Assembly: GCA_919902675.1 (NCBI GenBank)
Contig: CAKKRH010000001.1
Span: forward strand, 64,003-128,002
Source: Omnitrophica bacterium GWA2_41_15
GTDB lineage: Bacteria > Omnitrophota > Gorgyraeia > Gygaellales > UBA12090
Length of the DNA stretch: 64,000 nt
Direction of reading: 5' to 3'
A program made the position numbers and the translations under genes. Shown one piece after another: positions 7,231-16,417 of this stretch; position 1 is the stretch's first letter, and every line of letters starts with the position of its first letter. The notes beneath the pieces are model-generated. The model was given only the letters and a program-made list of their open reading frames with translations. It was not told the DNA's origin and searched no databases.

Positions 7231-8337
7231 ATGCCTACCTTAGAGACTCAACAATTTAGCGTAAGTTTCGGCCCTCAGCATCCCTCCACCCACGGAGTTT
7301 TGCATCTGCAGATGGATTTGGACGGTGAGGTAATTGTCAATTGCACGCCCCATATTGGCTATCTCCACCGCGATTTTGAGAAAATCTGTGAAAATAGAAC
7401 CTATACCCAGATTATCCCTTTTACCGACCGCCTGGATTATATTGGGGCGATGAATAATAATTTTGGATACTGTTTGACGGTAGAAAAATTACTGGGAGTG
7501 GTTATTCCGGAGCGGGCCGAATACATCCGGGTGATTATTGCCGAGCTAAACCGGATTGCCAGCCACTTATTGGCCGTAGGCACCTTTGTCCAGGACTTAG
7601 GGGCCTTTGGCACGCCTCTTTTATATTGCTTCCGGGAAAGGGAGATGATCCTGGATATCTTTGAGATGACCTGCGGAGCCCGGCTTACCTATAATTACTA
7701 TCGTCTGGGAGGAGTTTCCGCGGATATCCCGGAGGGGTTTGTTCAAAAGGTCAAGGATTTTATCCGCTATTTCCGGCCGAAGTTAACCGACTATCACCGC
7801 CTAATTACCAATAATGCCATTTTTCTTATCCGCACCAAGGATATTGGGGTTTTGAGTAAGGAAAAGGCGCTTAACTATGCCATCAGCGGCCCCAGCCTAA
7901 GGGCCAGCGGAATAAAGTTTGATTTAAGAAAAGAAGAGCCTTATTCCATTTATCCGCGTTTGGAGTTTGATATTCCCACCAGAGATAGCGGCGACTGCTG
8001 GGATAGGTATATCGTCAGGATGGAAGAGATGGAACAGTCTCTGCGCATAGTGGAACAGGCCATAGATAAGATTCCCGAAGGGGATTTTATCGCCAAACTG
8101 CCCAAGATTATCAAGGTGCCGCCGGCTGAGTTGTATTTCAGGACTGAATCTCCCCGCGGGGAGCTGGGTTTTTATTTAATCAGCGACGGCTCAACCAAGC
8201 CTTACCGTTTGAAATGCCGGGCGCCTTCATTTTCCAATTTAAGCGTTATCGCGGAATTAGTCAAAGGGGTAAAGATAGCCGATGTAATCGCTATCCTGGG
8301 AAGCCTGGATATTGTTTTGGGTGAAATAGACCGATGA
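7231..8337 (+). CDS. nuoD: NADH-quinone oxidoreductase subunit D
   Basis: FGPQHPSTHGVLHL near the N-terminus and DIVLGEIDR at the C-terminus, both typical of the 49-kDa subunit. Confidence 0.93.
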   Translation: MPTLETQQFSVSFGPQHPSTHGVLHLQMDLDGEVIVNCTPHIGYLHRDFEKICENRTYTQIIPFTDRLDYIGAMNNNFGYCLTVEKLLGVVIPERAEYIRVIIAELNRIASHLLAVGTFVQDLGAFGTPLLYCFREREMILDIFEMTCGARLTYNYYRLGGVSADIPEGFVQKVKDFIRYFRPKLTDYHRLITNNAIFLIRTKDIGVLSKEKALNYAISGPSLRASGIKFDLRKEEPYSIYPRLEFDIPTRDSGDCWDRYIVRMEEMEQSLRIVEQAIDKIPEGDFIAKLPKIIKVPPAELYFRTESPRGELGFYLISDGSTKPYRLKCRAPSFSNLSVIAELVKGVKIADVIAILGSLDIVLGEIDR

Positions 8338-9323
8338 TATTTAAAATATCCCCGGAAAACTGGGCTTTTTTAATTGAGTTTGCCTGGCTTTGCGCCAAGG
8401 CGGCCGGGCTTTTAGGTTTTGTCAGCCTTTCGGTTATGTTTTTAATCTGGTGGGAGAGAAAAGTCAGCGCCCATATCCAGTCGCGCCTGGGGCCGATGCG
8501 GGTGGGTTGGCACGGGGCTTTGCAGACCATTGCCGACACACTCAAGCTTTTGCTTAAAGAAAATATCGTGGCCAAGGATACGGATAAAATTTCTTTCTGG
8601 CTGGCTCCATTGGTGTCTTTTGTGGCGGCCTTTCTGCCTTTCGCGGCCATACCTTTTGCCAAAAATTTGGTGGTTCAGGATTTTGGGTTAGGCCTGCTCT
8701 ATATCTTCGCGGTGAGTAGTCTGGGGGTAATCGGGGTGTTTATGGCCGGTTGGGGCTCCGGGAATAAATATTCTCTGCTGGGGGCGATGCGGGCCTCGGC
8801 CCAGATTATCAGCTATGAGATTCCTCTGGTGCTTTCAGTCTTAAGTATCGTGATGCTCACCGGAAGCCTGAATATGGTTAAGATTGTGGAGGCTCAAGGG
8901 CGGATGTGGTTTGCCTTTAGCCAACCGATAGCCTTTTTGATTTATTTTATTTCCGCTCTGGCTGAGACCAACCGGGCCCCTTTTGATATCTCCGAGGCCG
9001 AGTCCGAATTAGTGGCCGGATTTCACACCGAATACAGCGGGATGAAATTTTCTATGTTTTTTCTGGCCGAATACACCAATATGTTTGTCGTTTCAGCCAT
9101 AGCCGCCGCGCTTTTTTTGGGCGGCTGGCAGGGGCCGTTTTTACCGGGAATATTCTGGTTTCTGGCCAAGGTTTATTTTATCATATTTTTAATGATGTGG
9201 ATACGCTGGACCTTTCCCCGTTTTAGGGTGGATCAGCTGATGAATTTTGCCTGGAAATTTTTAGTCCCGCTGGCTTTCCTGAATATCTTAGCCACGGCAT
9301 TATTTCTGGTAGTAAAAAAATAG
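8334..9323 (+). CDS. nuoH: NADH-quinone oxidoreductase subunit H
   Basis: Polytopic membrane protein with the ETNRAPFD..EAESELV.G...EYSG motif. Confidence 0.93.
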   Translation: MIFKISPENWAFLIEFAWLCAKAAGLLGFVSLSVMFLIWWERKVSAHIQSRLGPMRVGWHGALQTIADTLKLLLKENIVAKDTDKISFWLAPLVSFVAAFLPFAAIPFAKNLVVQDFGLGLLYIFAVSSLGVIGVFMAGWGSGNKYSLLGAMRASAQIISYEIPLVLSVLSIVMLTGSLNMVKIVEAQGRMWFAFSQPIAFLIYFISALAETNRAPFDISEAESELVAGFHTEYSGMKFSMFFLAEYTNMFVVSAIAAALFLGGWQGPFLPGIFWFLAKVYFIIFLMMWIRWTFPRFRVDQLMNFAWKFLVPLAFLNILATALFLVVKK

Positions 9324-9325
9324 AG

Positions 9326-9745
9326 ATGTTAAAAAGAATAAAAAGAATATTTTCTGATAGTTTCAGCCTCATTCAGGGTTTAGCGGTTACCGCCAAGTAT
9401 TTATTCAAACCGGCGGTTACCATGCAATATCCCACAGAGCGCTGGACGCCTCCGGCGCGTTACCGGGGGAGGGTGGCTTTGCGGCCTAAAAAATGCGTTT
9501 CTTGCCAGATGTGCGCGCGGGCCTGTCCGAATTATTCCTTAGAGGTGAAGTTTAGCCTGGGAGAAGATAAAAAGAGAAAGCTCAATGGTTTTATTTATCA
9601 TTTGGATACCTGTTTGTTCTGCGGCTTGTGCGTTGAACCCTGTCCTACCGCGGCGATATTTATGAATCAGGAGTATGAGTTGGCGGTGTATCAGCGCCAG
9701 AAGTTAGTGATGGACTTGACTGAGGCGGATAAAAATGTGGAGTAA
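9326..9745 (+). CDS. nuoI: NADH-quinone oxidoreductase subunit I (2x[4Fe-4S])
   Basis: CVSCQMCARACP and CLFCGLCVEPCP ferredoxin motifs. Confidence 0.92.
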   Translation: MLKRIKRIFSDSFSLIQGLAVTAKYLFKPAVTMQYPTERWTPPARYRGRVALRPKKCVSCQMCARACPNYSLEVKFSLGEDKKRKLNGFIYHLDTCLFCGLCVEPCPTAAIFMNQEYELAVYQRQKLVMDLTEADKNVE

Positions 9746-10235
9746 TCTTCTTAGCGCGTCAATTTTTTATCTGATAGCTATAGCCAGTATTATTTTCGCC
9801 ATACTCTCGGTTACCCTGAAGAATATGTTTCACAGTGCCCTGGCCCTGATCGTGATGCTTTTGGGTGTAGCGGCGGTCTATATCTATTTAGACGCGGAGT
9901 TTCTGGCTCTGGTCCAGATTTTGATTTACGTGGGGGCGATTATGACCCTGGTTATCTTTGCCATAATGCTTACCGCGGAAATTTATAATAAAAACATCAA
10001 GCGTCAGAACCAGCAGAAGCTGATTTCTCTTATCATTGCCTCCAGTATGGCCGGTTTCCTAATTTTTGTCTTGAGCCGCTTTAAGGCCCAGGGGGGAGTA
10101 AGTTTTTTTGAGCCGCTGACTTTAGCCATGATTGGGAAGGAATTATTAACCAAGTATGTTTTGCCTTTTGAACTGATTTCAATAATTCTGCTGGCGGCCC
10201 TGGTGGGCTCGGCGGCCATAAGCAAGAAAGAATGA
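9735..10235 (+). CDS. nuoJ: NADH-quinone oxidoreductase subunit J
   Basis: Hydrophobic 166-aa protein at the conserved operon position, with a YVGAIMTL-type motif. Confidence 0.85.
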   Translation: MWSNLLSASIFYLIAIASIIFAILSVTLKNMFHSALALIVMLLGVAAVYIYLDAEFLALVQILIYVGAIMTLVIFAIMLTAEIYNKNIKRQNQQKLISLIIASSMAGFLIFVLSRFKAQGGVSFFEPLTLAMIGKELLTKYVLPFELISIILLAALVGSAAISKKE

Positions 10236-10540
10236 TACCTTTAAGCCACTATTTGATTTTATCGGCCATCTTATTTTCTATCGGACTTTACGGTGTTTTT
10301 ACCCGCCGCAGCGCGATAGGGATTTTATTGTCTTTGGAAATTATGCTTAACGCCGTGAATATTAATTTTGTGGCTTTCGCCAAATTTATGGCTCCCCACA
10401 GCCTCGCCGGGCAGATTTTTGTCATCTTTACTATCGGCGTAGCCGCGGCCTCCACCGTGGTGGGCCTGGCCATAATTGTGGCTATCTACCATAATTACAA
10501 GACTATTTTTGTGGATGAGATAGATGTGATGAAATGGTAA
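10232..10540 (+). CDS. nuoK: NADH-quinone oxidoreductase subunit K
   Basis: 102-aa three-TM protein with LSLEIMLNAVN. Confidence 0.88.
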   Translation: MIPLSHYLILSAILFSIGLYGVFTRRSAIGILLSLEIMLNAVNINFVAFAKFMAPHSLAGQIFVIFTIGVAAASTVVGLAIIVAIYHNYKTIFVDEIDVMKW

Positions 10541-12453
10541 ACTACGCGTATCTAATTCCTTTGTTTCCTTTGGCCGCCTTTGTGGTCAATGTTTTCTGGG
10601 GCCGCAGGCTAAAGTCTAAGAGCGCGCCGGTGGCTATTCTGGCTATGCTGGGCTCTTTGGTTATCTCCTGTCTGATTCTTAAGGAAGTTATTTCCGGGAA
10701 AACTCTGGAGCAGAGCATAGAGTGGTTTAAGGTCGGCCGCTATTCTTTTGAGGCCGGATTTTTGGTTGATTCTTTAAGCGCGATGATGTTGTGCGTGGTT
10801 ACCCTGGTGGGGCTTTTGGTTGAGGTATACTCCATCGGCTATATGCACGGGGACGCGCGATATCATCTTTTCTTCGCCTATCTGTCTTTATTTATTTTTT
10901 CAATGCTGGGCCTGGTGTTATCCAACAATCTTATTCAGACGTATATATTCTGGGAATTAGTGGGGGTGTGTTCGTATTTATTAATCAGCTTTTGGTTTGA
11001 GAAGAAGTCCGCCGCTGACGCCGGGAAAAAGGCTTTTATCACTAACCGGATCGGGGATGCCGGATTCTTCTTAGGCCTGTCTACTTTGTTTTACTATTTA
11101 GGCACGGCAAACTTCGCGCAAATCAGTCAAAGATTAGCCCATCATCCTGAGGGCTTAAGCCAGGGTGTTTTGGCCCTTTCGGCAGTGCTGATTTTCTGCG
11201 GGGCAGTGGGCAAGTCGGCCCAGTTCCCTTTGCATGTCTGGCTGCCGGACGCGATGGAGGGCCCTACCCCGGTAAGCGCTTTGATTCATGCCGCTACCAT
11301 GGTTGCCGCCGGAGTGTATCTGGTCGCCCGAAGCTACGCGGTTTTTGCCGCGGGACATCTCTCTTTGGAAGTGGTTTCCTATATCGGAATCATCACCTCA
11401 TTTATGGCCGGCTCAATTGCCCTGGTGCAGACCGATATCAAACGCATCCTGGCTTATTCCACGGTTAGCCAGTTAGGCTATATGATGATTGCCTTAGGCA
11501 CCGGCGGTTACAGCGCCGGGGTATTTCATCTGATGACTCACGCCTTTTTTAAGGCCCTACTTTTCCTATGCGCCGGAAGCGTAATCCATGCCTGCGGGGT
11601 CCAGGACATCCGCCAGATGGGCGGTTTATTTGGGAAGATGAAGGTAACCGCGACTACTTGTCTGATCGGCTGTCTGGCTATTTCCGGGGTTCCGCCCTTA
11701 AGCGGATTCTGGAGCAAGGATGAGATTTTAGTATCGGTGTATAACAGCGGAAACATGGTGCTTTACGGCCTGACTTTGACCGTGGCCTTTATGACCGCCT
11801 TTTATATGTTCCGGCTTTTATTCTTGACCTTTTTCGGAAAACCCAGAGAGAAACTGCATATTCACAAACCGGCTCCAACCATGGATTGGCCGTTGATTAT
11901 TTTAGCCATATTCAGCATATTTTCCGGATTTGTCGGCTCGCCTTTAATGGGCCATGCCTTTTCTAATTTTATCTATTTTCATCCTGAGCATATTGAGCCG
12001 AATTATATGGTGATGGTTTCTTCCATTATCGTGGGGTTAGCCGGAATAACCTTGGCCTGGGTATTTTATATTTTATCTCCGGGAATACCCGCGGCCCTGG
12101 CCAGGAATTTCAGCCCGGTGTATAATCTCCTGCTGAATAAATACTGGATTGATGAGATTTACGACAGGTTTATTATCCGGCCGTTTTTGCGCCTGACCAA
12201 ATTCGCCTTTTCTTTTGATCGCTATCTAATTGATGGGGCGGTGAATCTTACCGGAACATCCTGCGTGGCGGTCAGCCGGGTCAAGGGTTGGATTGATAAA
12301 TATATCGTTGACGGCCTGGTTAATTTGATTGCCCTGATGGTGGGGGCGCTGGGTGAGGTTTTCCGCCGCTTACAGACCGGGCTCATTCAAAACTATATTC
12401 TGTTGATTTTCACCGGTGTGATAGCAATAGTCATTTTATTGAGGTTTGTCTAA
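10534..12453 (+). CDS. nuoL: NADH-quinone oxidoreductase subunit L
   Basis: Antiporter-like subunit, WLPDAMEGPTPVSALIHAATMV, 639 aa. Confidence 0.92.
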   Translation: MVNYAYLIPLFPLAAFVVNVFWGRRLKSKSAPVAILAMLGSLVISCLILKEVISGKTLEQSIEWFKVGRYSFEAGFLVDSLSAMMLCVVTLVGLLVEVYSIGYMHGDARYHLFFAYLSLFIFSMLGLVLSNNLIQTYIFWELVGVCSYLLISFWFEKKSAADAGKKAFITNRIGDAGFFLGLSTLFYYLGTANFAQISQRLAHHPEGLSQGVLALSAVLIFCGAVGKSAQFPLHVWLPDAMEGPTPVSALIHAATMVAAGVYLVARSYAVFAAGHLSLEVVSYIGIITSFMAGSIALVQTDIKRILAYSTVSQLGYMMIALGTGGYSAGVFHLMTHAFFKALLFLCAGSVIHACGVQDIRQMGGLFGKMKVTATTCLIGCLAISGVPPLSGFWSKDEILVSVYNSGNMVLYGLTLTVAFMTAFYMFRLLFLTFFGKPREKLHIHKPAPTMDWPLIILAIFSIFSGFVGSPLMGHAFSNFIYFHPEHIEPNYMVMVSSIIVGLAGITLAWVFYILSPGIPAALARNFSPVYNLLLNKYWIDEIYDRFIIRPFLRLTKFAFSFDRYLIDGAVNLTGTSCVAVSRVKGWIDKYIVDGLVNLIALMVGALGEVFRRLQTGLIQNYILLIFTGVIAIVILLRFV

Positions 12454-12488
12454 AGTAAATTCCGCGTTACATCATTTGAGGAGGCAGT

Positions 12489-13973
12489 ATGTCATTAAAT
12501 TTTCCGCTTTTAAGTTTAGCCGTATTCTTGCCGATTTTAGGGATTTTAGTTTTGTTTTTCATCCCTAAAAATAAAACCGCTCTAATCCGGGTAACCAGCG
12601 GCATCGTTACCTTTATCACCCTGATTGTCTCGCTGATAATCTTTGCCAACTTTAATATAAATGACCCCAGCCCGCAATTACAGGAACGCTTAAGCTGGAT
12701 ACCCCAGGTAAATATTAATTATCATTTGGGAGTTGACGGCTTAAGCTATTCTATGGTTTTCCTGACCGCGCTTTTATGTTTTCTGGCCTGCGTTGCCTCT
12801 AATTCCATCAAAGAGAGGATTAAGGAGTATTACATCTTTTTTCTGCTTTTAGAAGCCGGGATGATGGGGACATTCCTGGCTTTGGACCTGTTTTTGTTTT
12901 ATGTCTTCTGGGAGATAACCCTGGTTCCGATGTATTTTTTAATCGGTATCTGGGGCGGGCCGAGAAAGGAATACGCGGCCATAAAGTTTTTCCTCTATAC
13001 TTTGGCCGGAAGCGTCTTTATGCTCCTGGGTATTTTAGCCTTGTATTTTACTAGCACCCCGCATACCTTTAATATCTTAGAGTTGACCCAACAGTCTAAG
13101 TTTTTCGCCCTGGCCTTTCAGAATATTGTCTTCTTGGCCTTGTTTTTCGGCTTCGCGGTCAAGGTGCCGGTGTTTCCTTTTCATACCTGGCTTCCTGATG
13201 CCCATGTGGAGGCCCCGACTCCGATAAGCGTGCTTTTGGCCGGGGTTTTGCTGAAGATGGGCGCGTATGGTTTTTTTAGGATAAGTTATCCTATATTACC
13301 CCAGGCCGCCAATTATTTCGCTTTCGCCATCGCGGTGCTGGCGGTAATTAATATCGTTTACGGGGCTTTTGTGGCCATGGCCCAGACGGATTTCAAGAAG
13401 ATGGTGGCCTATTCCAGCGTCAGCCATATGGGTTTTGTAATGCTGGGCCTTGCGGCGTTGAGTCCGGTGGGCTTCAGCGGCGCGGCAATGCAGATGTTTA
13501 ACCACGGGGTAATCACCGGGGCAATGTTTTTATTGGTCGGGGTTCTTTATGACCGGGCGCACACCCGGGAGATGGGCGCTTTTGGCGGCTTAAGGGTTAA
13601 TTTGCCGGTTTTTTCGGCAGTGTTGATTTTCTTTTCTATGGCTTCTTTAGGGCTTCCCGGATTAAGTGGTTTTATCGGTGAGTTTTTATCTTTGTTGGGC
13701 GGCTTTAAGGCTTTTAAGGTAATAACGGTGATCTCGGTTGTGGGTATTGTGATTACCGCCGGGTATATCCTGATTATGATTCAAAAGGTTCTCTTGGGGC
13801 CGATGAACGACAAATGGAAGGGCTTAAGCGAAATCAGCTTTCGGGAATTGGTAACCGTGGTGCCGCTATTAGTTATTGTCTTGGTTCTGGGGGTTTATCC
13901 CAAGCTGGCCCTGGACATTATCAATCCCGCCTTAAATCTTATTCTGAATAATATGGGAGCAGTCTTACCTTGA
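12489..13973 (+). CDS. nuoM: NADH-quinone oxidoreductase subunit M
   Basis: WLPDAHVEAPTPISVLLAG; GAGGAGG RBS upstream. Confidence 0.92.
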   Translation: MSLNFPLLSLAVFLPILGILVLFFIPKNKTALIRVTSGIVTFITLIVSLIIFANFNINDPSPQLQERLSWIPQVNINYHLGVDGLSYSMVFLTALLCFLACVASNSIKERIKEYYIFFLLLEAGMMGTFLALDLFLFYVFWEITLVPMYFLIGIWGGPRKEYAAIKFFLYTLAGSVFMLLGILALYFTSTPHTFNILELTQQSKFFALAFQNIVFLALFFGFAVKVPVFPFHTWLPDAHVEAPTPISVLLAGVLLKMGAYGFFRISYPILPQAANYFAFAIAVLAVINIVYGAFVAMAQTDFKKMVAYSSVSHMGFVMLGLAALSPVGFSGAAMQMFNHGVITGAMFLLVGVLYDRAHTREMGAFGGLRVNLPVFSAVLIFFSMASLGLPGLSGFIGEFLSLLGGFKAFKVITVISVVGIVITAGYILIMIQKVLLGPMNDKWKGLSEISFRELVTVVPLLVIVLVLGVYPKLALDIINPALNLILNNMGAVLP

Positions 13974-15409
13974 TGGACTTATTGCTTGATTTAAAATTCA
14001 TCCAGCCGGAGATTATCTTAATTATTGCCTCCATTCTGGTATTAATGCTGGATTTTATGTTTAAATCCAAGCGTCTCTTGGCCTATTTTTCCCTGTTTTC
14101 TTTATGTTCGGCCTTGCTGGTTTTGTTCCGGGGAAGCCTATCGGCCCACAGCCTGTTTTCGGGGATGCTGGTCAGCGACCCACTGGCTTTGTTTTTGCGG
14201 ATACTTTCGGTTTTTATTACGGCAGTGGTAATTTTGATTTCCATTGATTATCAGGAGATAGGCCCGGGGATGAGGTCGGAGCTTTATTCCCTGCTTTTGA
14301 TGTCGGCCTCGGCAATGATGTTTCTTTCCGGAGCCAATAATCTCTTGATGATTTATTTGGGGATAGAGTTTATCAGTTTGATTTCTTATATCCTGGCCGC
14401 CTACTGGAAGGGGAATCTTAAATCCAGCGAGGCCGGACTTAAATATTTTCTCTTTGGCACTGCTTGTTCCATCACTATGCTTTATGGTATGTCAATTATC
14501 TACGGCATAACCGGCACCCTGGACCTGCCCCAAATGAACCAGGCCTTGTTTAACAATCAATTCAGTCCGGTAGTGATATTTATCGCTATCCTGATGGTTT
14601 CAGTGGGCCTGGCCTTTAAAGTAGCGATGGTGCCTTTTCACTTCTGGTGCCCGGATGTCTACGAGGGAGCGCCCACGCCGGTAACCGCCTTTTTTTCAGT
14701 GGGCCCTAAGTTGTTGGGCTTCGCGGTGTTATTGAGATTTTTGCTCGGAGGCAGTGCTTTATTTTATCAGCATTGGATGCATCTTCTGGGGATTCTGGCC
14801 ATCGCCACTATGGTGGTGGGAAACTTGACCGCCCTGGCCCAGACCAATATTAAGAGATTATTGGCCTATTCTTCAATTGCCCACGCCGGATATGCCTTAA
14901 TCGGCTTAGTGGTAAATACCACTGCCGGATATGTCAGCCTGTTTATTTATTTATCTACCTATATCGTGATGAATCTGGGGGCCTTTGCCGTAGTCATTGC
15001 GGTCTCGAACCAGACCAAAAGCGATGAGATCAAGGATTACGCCGGCTTATCGGCAAACTCACCCTATTTAGCCGCCATGCTCAGCCTGTTTTTAATTTCT
15101 TTGGCCGGTATTCCGCCTTTGGCCGGCTTTATCGGCAAGTTTTATATCTTTAGCTCAGCCTTAAAAGAAGGATTTATCTATCTGGCTATTGCCGCGGTCC
15201 TCAACAGCGTCATTGCCGCTTACTATTATTTCAATATCATCCGCGTAATGTATCTATCCCCTGCTTCAAGTTCAGCCGTGAAAATTAAGCCTTCCCCGGC
15301 ATTAAACCTGGCCCTGGTTTTAAGCCTGCTCCTGGTTTTAGCTATAGGCCTATATCCCAAACCGGTTATAGACTGGGTCAGCGCCGCCTTAGCCTTTCCC
15401 TCGCCTTAA
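13970..15409 (+). CDS. nuoN: NADH-quinone oxidoreductase subunit N
   Basis: HFWCPDVYEGAPTPVTAFF; last gene of the cluster. Confidence 0.92.
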   Translation: MMDLLLDLKFIQPEIILIIASILVLMLDFMFKSKRLLAYFSLFSLCSALLVLFRGSLSAHSLFSGMLVSDPLALFLRILSVFITAVVILISIDYQEIGPGMRSELYSLLLMSASAMMFLSGANNLLMIYLGIEFISLISYILAAYWKGNLKSSEAGLKYFLFGTACSITMLYGMSIIYGITGTLDLPQMNQALFNNQFSPVVIFIAILMVSVGLAFKVAMVPFHFWCPDVYEGAPTPVTAFFSVGPKLLGFAVLLRFLLGGSALFYQHWMHLLGILAIATMVVGNLTALAQTNIKRLLAYSSIAHAGYALIGLVVNTTAGYVSLFIYLSTYIVMNLGAFAVVIAVSNQTKSDEIKDYAGLSANSPYLAAMLSLFLISLAGIPPLAGFIGKFYIFSSALKEGFIYLAIAAVLNSVIAAYYYFNIIRVMYLSPASSSAVKIKPSPALNLALVLSLLLVLAIGLYPKPVIDWVSAALAFPSP

Positions 15410-15534
15410 AATTCAAGCCAATCTGGATTGCCCGATTGTGTTTTTGTAGTACTTGATTAAGATATATCACACCAGTCAAACTATCCACGCAGTATATAAC
15501 TTAGCATACGCAGTGTACAGTTATGAAAAAAAGC

Positions 15535-15562
15535 TTGCAAATAAAGCCGTTTATGGTATATT
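15535..15562 (+). promoter_or_regulatory. Sigma70-type promoter of the abiE-radC-RM operon
   Basis: TTGCAA (15535..15540), 16-nt spacer, TGgTATATT extended -10 (15554..15562). Flanked by ACGCA(G)T motifs at 15487, 15508 and 15567. Confidence 0.55.
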
Positions 15563-15613
15563 AGGTACGCATAGTTATTCACCTTGTTTACAATAAAGCA
15601 GATAGGATATACA

Positions 15614-16417
15614 ATGAATAAAATATCAGGAATCGGTGGAAAAAACAGAATACTCTTGGATACGCTTAGTCGATCTATGAAGAATCTATTCTCTGTTAAA
15701 GACGCCGCAAAAATTTTGGGATTGCCGGTAAAGAATGCGCGCCTATATCTTGCCTATTTCGCGCGCCGCGGATGGCTTTCAAGAATAAAGCCGGGATTAT
15801 ATATTGCGGTTCCTCTTGGCACGGTTAATCCTCAGGAATACAAAGAAAATCCTTGGATTGTGGCAAACCGAATTTTCTCGCCTTGCTATATCGGCGGTTG
15901 GAGCGCGGCAGAACATTGGGGACTGACCGATCAAATATTCAGCAGCATATTTGTTTTCACTACGCGTATGTTTAGAAAAAAAGAAATAACGATTCAGGGG
16001 ACGGATTATGTTTTGAAATTAGTTCGCAAGAAAAATATTGGCCATACCAAGGGCGTTTGGATTGAAAATGTTAAGGTGCAGATTTCCGATCCAACACAGA
16101 CAGTAGTAGATGTTTTGGACGACCCTATAACAGGCGCGGGGATACGCCATATTGCCGAGATCGTTGTGAATTACTTTGGCTCGGAACATCGAAGCGATTC
16201 TGACCTGATGAAGTATGCCGCAGAAAAGAAGAATCGCACCGTATACAAGCGTCTTGGGTTTATTCTTGAAACCATTAATATTCAGTCACCGGAGATTATT
16301 GAGACATGCCGGAAGAATATCAGTGCCGGATATTCAGTGCTCGATCCCGCGATTAAGAATAAAGGCACGTTTAACCGTAAATGGAATTTGCGGATTAACG
16401 CGGAGATTCAGAAATGA
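15614..16417 (+). CDS. abiEi: AbiEi-family type IV TA antitoxin / transcriptional regulator (N-terminal wHTH)
   Basis: wHTH-like segment FSVKDAAKILGLPVKNARLYLAYFARRGWLSRIKPGLY. ATGA overlap with the downstream AbiEii gene. Start taken at ATG 15614 (the track ORF starts at TTG 15584). Confidence 0.75.
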   Translation: MNKISGIGGKNRILLDTLSRSMKNLFSVKDAAKILGLPVKNARLYLAYFARRGWLSRIKPGLYIAVPLGTVNPQEYKENPWIVANRIFSPCYIGGWSAAEHWGLTDQIFSSIFVFTTRMFRKKEITIQGTDYVLKLVRKKNIGHTKGVWIENVKVQISDPTQTVVDVLDDPITGAGIRHIAEIVVNYFGSEHRSDSDLMKYAAEKKNRTVYKRLGFILETINIQSPEIIETCRKNISAGYSVLDPAIKNKGTFNRKWNLRINAEIQK

